Shown here piece by piece: positions 19,199-27,175 of a stretch of 64,000 bases of DNA; position 1 is the first letter of the stretch; each line of letters starts with the position of its first letter. This stretch comes from an uncultured Campylobacter sp. (GTDB lineage: Bacteria; Campylobacterota; Campylobacteria; Campylobacterales; Campylobacteraceae). The stretch is taken from the NCBI RefSeq assembly GCF_938045345.1, contig NZ_CALIMS010000053.1:1099-65098 (forward strand). The letters run 5' to 3'. The position numbers and the translations under genes were made by a program. The notes under the pieces were generated by a model that saw only the letters and a list, made by a program, of their open reading frames with translations, did no database searches and was not told the origin of the DNA.

Positions 19199-19764
19199 GC
19201 GGCGGAGATAGGTTCGAAGAGCTCGTTGCAAGCTTTGAAAAGCTTCCCGGCGTGGGCAAAAAGTCCGCCCTGCGCTTTGCGTACTACGTAAGCGTGCAAA
19301 ATTCCTTCCTAGGGCTAAATTTAGCGCACAATATCGAAGAGGCGGTGCGCGGACTGCACAGATGCCGCATCTGCGGTGCGGTATGCGAGGGCGAGATCTG
19401 CGAATATTGCGCTGACGATGAGCGCGAAAGCGATAAAATTTGCATCGTCGAAAACCCAAAAGATATCTTTATTTTAGAGAGCAATAAAATTTACAACGGT
19501 CGCTACTTCGTGCTAGACGCCGCTGACGAAGATAAAATCGCGGCGCTGCGCGAGATGGTGAGCCAAAACGGCGCGAGCGAGCTGATTTTTGCGCTGACGC
19601 CCAGCATCAACTCCGACGGGATCATGCTTTACGTCGAGGATAAGCTCGCGGATCTAAGCTTGAAATTTACCAAGCTCGCTCAAGGCGTACCTACGGGCGT
19701 GAGCCTAGATAACGTCGATATGCTCTCGCTAATAAAGGCAATCAACGGGCGCACCGAAATTTAA
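19195..19764 (+). CDS. recR: recombination protein RecR
   Basis: HhH motif LPGVGKKSALRFAYY, a C4 zinc finger (CRICGAVCEGEICEYC) and a Toprim domain. An ATGA overlap links it to racS. Confidence 0.9.
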   Translation: MSGGDRFEELVASFEKLPGVGKKSALRFAYYVSVQNSFLGLNLAHNIEEAVRGLHRCRICGAVCEGEICEYCADDERESDKICIVENPKDIFILESNKIYNGRYFVLDAADEDKIAALREMVSQNGASELIFALTPSINSDGIMLYVEDKLADLSLKFTKLAQGVPTGVSLDNVDMLSLIKAINGRTEI

Positions 19765-20282
19765 AATTCCGACGAAATTTTAAATTTATGCGGATAAAGA
19801 TATCGGCTAAATTTAAAACATAAAGCAGCGAATAGATTTAGCCGCAAAGCCCAAGCGGCGAAATTTGGGGCGTTAAATTTAAATAGTGGACGTGCGATGA
19901 ACGCGATGAAATTTATTAAAATTTACGCGGCTTCGGCGCGCGAAGCGATGCGGCAGGCACGGCGACAAACGGCACCTCGCTAGCCGCGAGGTTTTAACGG
20001 CGAGTTTGAGCCGTAAAATTTAAGCGCCCCGTTTCGAAGCGAAGTTTCGGACGCGGAATTTAGAGCGCTCAAATTTTAAAAGGCGAAATTTTAAGCAGCA
20101 AATTTCGGGCGCTAAATTTTAAAAGCGGATTTGGAAGTAGCAGACGGGGTTGCGCGATGCGGCGAGCTCGTAAAATTTAAAGGCGAATTTCAAGGCGCGG
20201 AATGGTTTAAATTTTTAAATTTCGCCGGCGCGGGATTTAAAAATTTAAACGTAATTATCTATTATATTATTTAAGGAAAAAG

Positions 20283-21590
20283 GTGAAAAAGGTTCATTTT
20301 ATCGGCATCGGCGGCATAGGAATATCGGCATTAGCGAGATTTTTACACGAGAAAAATTTTATCATCTCAGGTTCGGATATCAAAGAGAGCGAGACGACCT
20401 ACAAGCTAAGAGCGGACGGCATGGAGATCATCACGCCGCACGACGCTTCGGCGATCAAGGATCAGGAGATCGTCATCTACTCCGCCGCGATCAAAGAGGA
20501 CAACGTCGAGCTGCAAGCCGCGCGCAAAAAAGGGATCGTCTGCCTCTCGCGTAAGGAGGCCCTGCCCTTCGTGCTAAAAGACAAGCGCGTCTTCGCAGTC
20601 GCCGGCGCGCACGGCAAAAGCACCACGAGCGCGATAACCTCGGCGCTAATAGACGGCTCGGTTATCATCGGCGCGATCTCCAAGCAGTTCGGCTCGAATA
20701 TGAAATATGAAAACAGCGAAAACATCATCTTTGAAGCCGACGAGAGCGATTCTAGCTTTTTAAATTCCAACCCCTACGTTGCGGTCGTGACCAACGCTGA
20801 GCCCGAGCATATGGATCATTACGACAACGATTTGGATAAATTTCACGCGGCGTATCGCGGCTTTTTGGAGCGCGCCAAGATCCGCGTGATAAACGCCGAG
20901 GATGAGTTTTTAAGCTCGATAAAGCTCGGCTGTATCAAGCTCTTTCCTTCACGCGACATAACGGATCTGAAGGTGCTGCTGCGCGATCATCAGCCGTTTA
21001 TGAGCTTTAATCTTAAAGAGCTCGGGCGCTTCGAGGTTTACGGGCTCGGAAGACACATCGCGATTGACGCGTCGCTAGCGATCCTAGCCGCGGCGTGCGA
21101 GACGGGACTAGAGCAGATCCGTAAAAATTTGCTAAATTACAAAGGCATAAAAAAGCGCTTCGACATCCTGTGCGCCACCCCGAGCTTCGTGCTCATCGAC
21201 GACTACGGTCACCATCCCACCGAGATCAGAGCGACGCTGCAAAGCGCGCGCGAATACGCTAGCCTGCTAGGTCTTAGCAAGATCACGGCGATCTTTCAGC
21301 CGCACCGATTCAGCAGGCTCAAGGCGAATTTAAACGCCTTTAAAGAATGCTTTGCGGGCGTGGAGGAGTTAGTCGTACTGCCCGTTTACGCTGCGGGCGA
21401 GCCTAGTAACGGCATCGATCTAAAAGAGGAGTTTAAGGGACTGGGCGCGCTATTTACCGAGCGAGTCTTTAGAAACGGCGAGAAAATAGAATTTAGCGAT
21501 ATTTTCGGCGTCCGCCACATCATAAACGACGGGCTCGTGATCGGATTTGGCGCAGGCGACATCACCTATCAGCTGCGCGGAGAATTTTAA
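20283..21590 (+). CDS. murC: UDP-N-acetylmuramate--L-alanine ligase
   Basis: HFIGIGGIGISALA and the P-loop GAHGKSTT are present, with a Mur ligase C-terminal domain. The start codon is GTG, preceded by AAGGA. Confidence 0.9.
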   Translation: MKKVHFIGIGGIGISALARFLHEKNFIISGSDIKESETTYKLRADGMEIITPHDASAIKDQEIVIYSAAIKEDNVELQAARKKGIVCLSRKEALPFVLKDKRVFAVAGAHGKSTTSAITSALIDGSVIIGAISKQFGSNMKYENSENIIFEADESDSSFLNSNPYVAVVTNAEPEHMDHYDNDLDKFHAAYRGFLERAKIRVINAEDEFLSSIKLGCIKLFPSRDITDLKVLLRDHQPFMSFNLKELGRFEVYGLGRHIAIDASLAILAAACETGLEQIRKNLLNYKGIKKRFDILCATPSFVLIDDYGHHPTEIRATLQSAREYASLLGLSKITAIFQPHRFSRLKANLNAFKECFAGVEELVVLPVYAAGEPSNGIDLKEEFKGLGALFTERVFRNGEKIEFSDIFGVRHIINDGLVIGFGAGDITYQLRGEF

Positions 21591-21651
21591 GCTTGAAAGC
21601 TCTCGCCGAATTTATTAGACAAACTCCGCTACGGGCGGGCAAGGATAAAAT

Positions 21652-22524
21652 TTGAGATTTTTGGTGTTTATTTTCGCGTTTTTATTTATCGCGGCGATCT
21701 TTTTCGTGCGGGACGAAATTTTAAGCAAAAGGGCTAAAATCATCGCCACGGCGCTGATTGTACTGCTGTGCGCGGGAGCGTATTTTTATGAAAGCGCGAG
21801 CGAGCGCTCCGCCAAGCTTGAGGAGGAGATGGTGTTTAAATTTAACGCAGGCGCCAGATTAAGATGCGGCGGCGCGATAAATTTCACTTCCGAAACGCGT
21901 GGCGCGGCAAATTCCTCTCCCGAAACACGCGGCGCGGATGCGAAAAATTTGGGCGTGCAAGCCGGCGAAGTAAATTTAAACGCGCAGGACAGAGCCGCTT
22001 CCGCCGCGCAAACGAACGAGCAGGCTTCAGCCGCGCAAATAAACGGCGCTGTCTCGGGCGGACAAAATTCCGCACAAAGCCCTACTTCGCAAAATTCCGC
22101 CGAGCCTGGACAAAATTTTAAATCTCAAAATTCTACTAAAAATTTAGACGTAGCTTCACAAAATTCTACGCAGCAGAACGATACACAGAACCGCACGCCG
22201 CAAAATTCCACAGGCCAAGGAGGTACGCGAAGCTCTGCCTCACAAAATTCCGTGCAACTAGGCGACACGCAAACCTCTAATCCCCAAGGCTCCGCGCAGA
22301 ATTTTAACGTAGCCGAGCAAAATTCTATGCAAGGTTCTACAGCGCAGAATTCTAAAGCTACGCAAAATTTTGCTGCAGACAAAGAACAGGCCTCCGCGCA
22401 GATCGTGACGCGAGAAAATTTCACCTACTCCTTTTCGCTGGGCGCTTTCATCGCCAAAAAAAGCGCGGGCGCGGAGTTTAGGGGCAAAACTTATAAAATC
22501 AAAGAGTGCGTTTATGATCAGTGA
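21652..22524 (+). CDS. two-TM membrane protein with a ~175-aa Q/N/S-rich repeat insert
   Basis: TTG start, two N-terminal TM helices and a conserved-looking C-terminal tail. The position between murC and mutS2 matches a much shorter Campylobacter membrane protein (from memory). Confidence 0.5.
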   Translation: MRFLVFIFAFLFIAAIFFVRDEILSKRAKIIATALIVLLCAGAYFYESASERSAKLEEEMVFKFNAGARLRCGGAINFTSETRGAANSSPETRGADAKNLGVQAGEVNLNAQDRAASAAQTNEQASAAQINGAVSGGQNSAQSPTSQNSAEPGQNFKSQNSTKNLDVASQNSTQQNDTQNRTPQNSTGQGGTRSSASQNSVQLGDTQTSNPQGSAQNFNVAEQNSMQGSTAQNSKATQNFAADKEQASAQIVTRENFTYSFSLGAFIAKKSAGAEFRGKTYKIKECVYDQ

Positions 22525-24721
22525 CGAACTCTTTACGCGCCTCGATCTAGGCGAGTATCTAGCCAAATTTAAAAGCTTTTTGGCGCGCGAAAAGCCGCTG
22601 TTTTTAAGCGGCGATAGCAAGCTGAATTTTGAAAAAATTTCAGAGCTTACGAAATTTGATCTCGCGCAGTGCGAGAGCGTCGCGAACCTAGACGACGCGC
22701 TGATGCGCATCTCAAAGCATGGCGTGCTTCATATCAGCGAAATTTACGAGTTTAGCAAGATCGTCCGATATTTTCTGTACCTCAAAAAGCAGCCTTTTGA
22801 GGGCAAACTTGCCGCTTGGCTTGCCAAGATCGAAATTCCTGCGCCTATCGCGCAATTAAAGGATTATTTCGACGATCAGGGCGGCTTTCGCGACGCGATA
22901 GACGAGCGCTTCGGCGCGCTAAACGAGGCGTTTAAGATAAAAAAGGGCGAGATCGAACAGACGCTAAAAAGGCTGATCTATTCCAAAGCCCTTTCGCCCT
23001 ATCTCGCCGACACGCAGATCCACTACATAAGCGATACCGAGGCTCTGCTGGTGCGCGGCGGCTTTAATCACGTGCTAAAAGGCAGCGTCGTAGCGCGCTC
23101 AAGCGGAGGCTATTTTTACGTGCTTCCAGACGCGATCGCAGCTCTGAAGTCCGCTCAAAGCGCGATTTTGGATAAAAAAGAGCAGATCGTATTCGAGCAT
23201 TGCAAGCAGATTAGCGCAGTTTTTAATAAAAACTTAGCCTTTCTGAAATTTATAAACGCCGCTTTCGACGCGATTGACGCGCTGATTGCGCGCGCTGCGA
23301 TGGCAAGAGCGAGCGATTACGAGTTCGTCCTGCCCGAGCCTTCGCGCGACATCGTCCTAGATAGCTTCGCCCACCCCGCGCTTAAAAATCCAAAGCGCGT
23401 GAGCGTGGAATTTAGCGGAAAAATTCTGCTCATCACTGGCGTAAATGCGGGCGGAAAATCGATGCTTTTAAAAAGCATTCTAAGCGCGGCGCTGCTAGCC
23501 AAATACCTCCTTCCGATGCCTATTCGCGCAAGCCTCAGCCGCATCGGCACCTTTAAGGAGTTCGAGCTCATAATGGAGGATCCGCAAAACTCCAAAAACG
23601 ACATCTCGACCTTTGCAGGCAGAATGGTTGCCTTTAGCAAGCTGTTCGGGCGCAAAGAGATTCTAATCGGCGTCGATGAGATCGAGCTGGGTACCGATTT
23701 TGAGGAGGCTGCAAGCCTATACGGCGCGATGATCGAGCAGCTGATGAGCGGCGACGTGAAGATGATCATCACCACGCATCACAAGCGCCTGGCGATGCTG
23801 CTTGCGAAAGATCCGCGCGTGGAGCTGCTGGCGGCACTTTACGACGAGAAAAACAGCGCGCCGAAGTATGAGTTTTTAAAGGGCACGATCGGCAAATCCT
23901 ACGCCTTTGAAACCGCGCTGCGCTACGGCATAGCGCAAAATTTGATCGCCGCGGCGCGCAAAAACTACGGCGAAAACAAAGAAAATTTAAACGAAGCGAT
24001 CTCAAAAGCGATAAATTTAGAGCTTGAGCTAAAACAAAAGCTGGCGCAGACGCAGCAAAAAGAGGAGAAGTTAGACGCGCTGAGCGAAGCGCTAAAAGAT
24101 CAGCGCGAGCGTGCGCAAAGCGAGCTGAGGGCGGAGCTTTCAAGGCTGCAAAACGAATACTACCGCGCGATTTCGGAGGCCAAACGCAGCGTGAGCCTAA
24201 GCGACGTGCGCGAAAAGCAGCGCGCCATAAACCGCGCAAACGAGCTTGCACGAGCCGTGCAGCAGCCCGAACTCAGCACGCCCGAGCCGCAAAGCCTCAA
24301 GGTGGGCGATCGCGTCAAATACGGCAAGATCAAGGGCGAAATTTTATCGCTCAGCAAAACCCAGGCGCTGATGCTAAGCGACGGCATCAGGCTGCGCGTG
24401 CCGCTTAGCGAGCTAAAGCGCAGCGGTGCGACGCCCGCGTCCGTAAAAAATATCAGTATCAAGGTGCAAAAGCCCGCCTCCGCGTCGCTCGTGCTCGATC
24501 TGCACGGCTTGCGCGCCGAGGAAGCAATCAGCAGGCTTGATAAATTTATCAGCCAAAGCCTCGTGATGGGCTTTGATGAGATCATCGTCAAGCACGGCAT
24601 CGGCACGGGCAAGCTCGCGTTCGCGGTCAAGGAGTTTTTAAAATCACACCCGAGCGTCAAGGGCTTTCGCGACGGCACGCCCGCAGAAGGGGGCTTCGGC
24701 TCAAAGGTCGTCTCGCTTTAG
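22514..24721 (+). CDS. mutS2: endonuclease MutS2 (MutS-II ATPase with C-terminal Smr domain)
   Basis: Walker A ITGVNAGGKS, MutS domain V, a long coiled coil and a C-terminal Smr domain (LDLHGLRAEEA). Confidence 0.9.
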   Translation: MISDELFTRLDLGEYLAKFKSFLAREKPLFLSGDSKLNFEKISELTKFDLAQCESVANLDDALMRISKHGVLHISEIYEFSKIVRYFLYLKKQPFEGKLAAWLAKIEIPAPIAQLKDYFDDQGGFRDAIDERFGALNEAFKIKKGEIEQTLKRLIYSKALSPYLADTQIHYISDTEALLVRGGFNHVLKGSVVARSSGGYFYVLPDAIAALKSAQSAILDKKEQIVFEHCKQISAVFNKNLAFLKFINAAFDAIDALIARAAMARASDYEFVLPEPSRDIVLDSFAHPALKNPKRVSVEFSGKILLITGVNAGGKSMLLKSILSAALLAKYLLPMPIRASLSRIGTFKEFELIMEDPQNSKNDISTFAGRMVAFSKLFGRKEILIGVDEIELGTDFEEAASLYGAMIEQLMSGDVKMIITTHHKRLAMLLAKDPRVELLAALYDEKNSAPKYEFLKGTIGKSYAFETALRYGIAQNLIAAARKNYGENKENLNEAISKAINLELELKQKLAQTQQKEEKLDALSEALKDQRERAQSELRAELSRLQNEYYRAISEAKRSVSLSDVREKQRAINRANELARAVQQPELSTPEPQSLKVGDRVKYGKIKGEILSLSKTQALMLSDGIRLRVPLSELKRSGATPASVKNISIKVQKPASASLVLDLHGLRAEEAISRLDKFISQSLVMGFDEIIVKHGIGTGKLAFAVKEFLKSHPSVKGFRDGTPAEGGFGSKVVSL

Positions 24722-24908
24722 GCTCTAGCTCAAAGGTCTTTTCGCTTCAGACGCCAGCGCGAACGATGCGGAATTCGCTCATGTCATCTATGCCTTCGCC
24801 GAGGTTTTGCAAAAGCACGGGTGTTTTTAACGTAGAATTTCGCCGCGGAATTTGTAGCTTGGCTTTTACACTAAAATTTTATGCGGCGTGAGCCGCAATT
24901 CAAATAAC

Positions 24909-25007
24909 GCGGACGTAGTCCGCACCGCTTAAAGCGTCGTCGGGGGATGGGTGGGGTTTGGGGCGGGAAGGGGAGCGACCTCGCAATTCAAGCTCCCTTC
25001 CCGCCCC
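24909..25007 (+). repeat. structured GC-rich repeat element, copy B (best-formed copy)
   Basis: Hairpin 1 is GCGGAC-GTA-GTCCGC. A G-run segment follows. Hairpin 2 is GGGGCGGGAAGGGGAGC-GACCTCGCAATTCAA-GCTCCCTTCCCGCCCC. Confidence 0.8.
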
Positions 25008-25234
25008 AAATGCGGTACTGAGCTTAGACGCAGAATTTTACCTTAAAATTCTGCGGCGAAATTCTAATACAGTTTTGCACAAGAGTTTTATAGTTTAGCT
25101 TTGCGATAAATTTCAGCGAGAACTTGCGCCAAATTTACACGATACAGCCGTTTTCAGTATGGCTTTGCGTTAAATTTTATAAAAATGTAGTTGCACCAGA
25201 ACTTCATACGGTGTAGTCGCAATGTAAAATAAGC

Positions 25235-25320
25235 GCGGACGTAGTCCGCACCGCTAGCGTCGCGCGGGTGGGGGTTGGTAAGGGGGCGCCCCGCTAACTC
25301 TGAGCGCCGCCCCCCCTTAC
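25235..25320 (+). repeat. structured GC-rich repeat element, copy C
   Basis: Hairpin 1 is identical to copy B. The G-run reads GGGTGGGGGTTGG. Hairpin 2 has a different sequence but is still self-complementary (GTAAGGGGGCG...GCCCCCCCTTAC). Confidence 0.75.
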
Positions 25321-25410
25321 GGATTATGTGTAACGCATACGCCGGCTCGAATTTATAAAGATTTCACTATGTTAAATTTCAGTATTTTTAGCTCTTTGTG
25401 TATTTCTTTC

Positions 25411-25458
25411 GGGGCAGGAAAGGGAGCGACCTCGCAATCGGGGCCTCCTTCCCGCCCC
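25411..25458 (+). repeat. structured GC-rich repeat element, copy D (hairpin 2 only)
   Basis: GGGGCAGGAAAGGGAG-CGACCTCGCAATCGGGG-CCTCCTTCCCGCCCC, followed by AAGAGAAA as in copy E. Confidence 0.65.
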
Positions 25459-25611
25459 AAGAGAAACATATCGTGGGTTAAAATTTAAACGGAATTTTAT
25501 AAAGGCAAGTGCTACTTTTAAATTTATAAATAGCGAAACGGCAATATAAATTTGGAATTTAAAATTTCGCTATATAAAATTTTATCTCTAGAGATTAGGT
25601 CGTGGCGACGT

Positions 25612-25712
25612 TTTCTCTTAAGGGGGAAGGGGCGCTACTTGCGAGGCGCTCCCCTTCGCTCTTAAAATCCCCCAACCCCTGGTACGCTAAAGGGGCGAGC
25701 CTTACGGCTCGC
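25612..25712 (-). repeat. structured GC-rich repeat element, copy E (inverted orientation)
   Basis: The reverse complement reads GCGAGCC-GTAA-GGCTCGC, then CCCTTTAGCGTACCAGGGGTTGGGGG, then GAAGGGGAGCGC-CTCGCAAGTA-GCGCCCCTTC, then AAGAGAAA. Confidence 0.75.
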
Positions 25713-25781
25713 GTTAAATTTTAATAGGGGTTGAATTACGGCATGCTAAATTTTAAAATTTAGCCGAAATTTACAGCTCAC

Positions 25782-25944
25782 AAAATTTTAAAATTCCAAA
25801 CACAAAAGAATTTTGAAATTCCAAATACGATAAAATTTAAGCTACGGCGGAATTTTAGAATTCCTATTAGCGGCGGAATTTCAGAATTCTTATAGGCAGC
25901 GGAATTTCAAAATTCCGTAAATTTGAGCGAAATTCTGAAATTCC
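25782..25944 (+). promoter_or_regulatory. array of six imperfect palindromes (GGAATTT-N2-GAATTCC type) upstream of the CorA-family gene
   Basis: The units end at about 25797, 25822, 25864, 25890, 25916 and 25944. The last four are spaced 26-28 nt apart, and the array ends 34 nt before the TTG start at 25978. Confidence 0.5.
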
Positions 25945-25977
25945 GCAAATTTAAAACGATTGAATAAGGAGGTCTCA

Positions 25978-26700
25978 TTGAACCCGATTACCGAAAAGCG
26001 CAGCGTTTCGGGCTACTACTACGCCGAGGAGCGCGAGTATGTGTACTTCGTGACGGATGCGCCGCGCGAGCAAAACTACCGCTTTATTTTTGATGCGGGC
26101 GCGATCTATTCGCAAGATGACGCGGGCGGCGAGGTGCGGCTTAGCAGCGAAGCGGAGTTTTTCGCGGTCGTCAAAAAGATCCTCGCGCAGTATCGCGATA
26201 AAATTTTAGAGCACTCCGCGGAGCTTGAGAATTACGAAAAGATCTACACGCGGCGCGGCGATTTTTCAAAATTTATGAAAAGGCACTCTGTCCTAAAATA
26301 CGAAATCCGCAAATTTCAAAACAAAATTTCGCATTTCTACGAGGCGCTGCTCATCTGCGCAAATGAGCAGCCGGCGCTGAAAAAACAGCTGAAAAACTAC
26401 GCCTACGAAGCGGGCGTTTTTAAAGGCGTGATGAGCGAATATGCCGTCAGGATCGAGGATATCTATCAGTTCATCCAGGGTCTCAAAAACGACAAAATTA
26501 GCCGCAACATCTACATTCTCACGATCATCTCGTCGCTGCTGATGCCGCTAAATTTCATCACGAGCTTTTTCGGGATGAACACGACGGGGCTATTTTTAAG
26601 CGGCTCGGCGCACGGCACGCTCATCGTGACGCTTGCGATGTGCGTGATCTTCGCGGCGATGGTCGGCTTTCTTATGCTCTACGCCAAAAAACGAAGCTAA
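25978..26700 (+). CDS. CorA/ZntB-family divalent cation transporter (short form)
   Basis: The C-terminus has two TM helices with the signature LNFITSFFGMN (GMN motif). The ORF opens at 25960, but the TTG at 25978 lies 6 nt after AAGGAGG. Confidence 0.7.
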   Translation: MNPITEKRSVSGYYYAEEREYVYFVTDAPREQNYRFIFDAGAIYSQDDAGGEVRLSSEAEFFAVVKKILAQYRDKILEHSAELENYEKIYTRRGDFSKFMKRHSVLKYEIRKFQNKISHFYEALLICANEQPALKKQLKNYAYEAGVFKGVMSEYAVRIEDIYQFIQGLKNDKISRNIYILTIISSLLMPLNFITSFFGMNTTGLFLSGSAHGTLIVTLAMCVIFAAMVGFLMLYAKKRS

Positions 26701-26716
26701 AGCGAAGGGATAAAAT

Positions 26717-27130
26717 TTGAACAAAAACGAGCTAAAAAATATCCTAGGCGGATACCTCGGCAGGGAGATTGCGGGCGATTTTAGAGTGCTGAAAGAGCAC
26801 GAGATCGCGCGCTGCAACGACGCGGCGAAATTTCCTTTTGAGGGCGATAGTGGGCTGCTGCGCGAGTTTTGTATATTTGCAGACGGCGGCAGCGGCGATC
26901 TTTGGCTGCTAAGCTCTAGCGGTGAGATCGCGTTTTACGACCATGATCTGGAGTTTTTGTCCGAAGCAAATTTGAAAAAATTCGATCTAAATCTTGCGAG
27001 CTGGCTAAAGATCGCGGAGCTATTTTGCAAATTTGAAGCCCTTAGCAACCCGAGCGCCGCGCAAAAGGCGGAGTTTAAGCAGAGCGTAGCTAAAATCTGT
27101 CCGCAAATTTTAGAAATTTGGGAAATTTAG
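26717..27130 (+). CDS. SMI1/KNR4 (SUKH-1)-like protein
   Basis: FCIFADGGSGDLWLLSSSGEIAFYDHD matches the SUKH core pattern (fa.dGgGd.w.l......ydHd). The TTG start follows AAGGGA. Confidence 0.5.
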   Translation: MNKNELKNILGGYLGREIAGDFRVLKEHEIARCNDAAKFPFEGDSGLLREFCIFADGGSGDLWLLSSSGEIAFYDHDLEFLSEANLKKFDLNLASWLKIAELFCKFEALSNPSAAQKAEFKQSVAKICPQILEIWEI

Positions 27131-27175
27131 GCGCTGCTTGCGACGCCTAAATTTAATCGCAAAATAGGAGCAACG

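Noticed and set aside
21864-22710. ORFs 21864..22121 (+), 21884..22075 (-), 22125..22424 (-) and 22258..22710 (-)
   Set aside because: All overlap the Q/N/S repeat of the 21652 gene or the mutS2 start. Open frames on both strands are a by-product of the simple repeat.
25310-25316. Homopolymeric C/G tract as a Campylobacter-style phase-variation switch
   Set aside because: The longest G/C run I saw is C7, inside non-coding repeat copy C. I saw no G/C tract of 8 or more within or just upstream of any coding region in this window.
24909-25712. Integron attC sites / gene cassettes
   Set aside because: No ORFs lie between the elements, there is no intI, and the conserved R/L core-site pattern (GTTRRRY / RYYYAAC at the element ends) is not evident.
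24722-25959. CRISPR array
   Set aside because: The repeats are not identical, range from 48 to about 100 nt, are irregularly spaced (about 90-230 nt apart), and one is inverted. No cas genes lie nearby.
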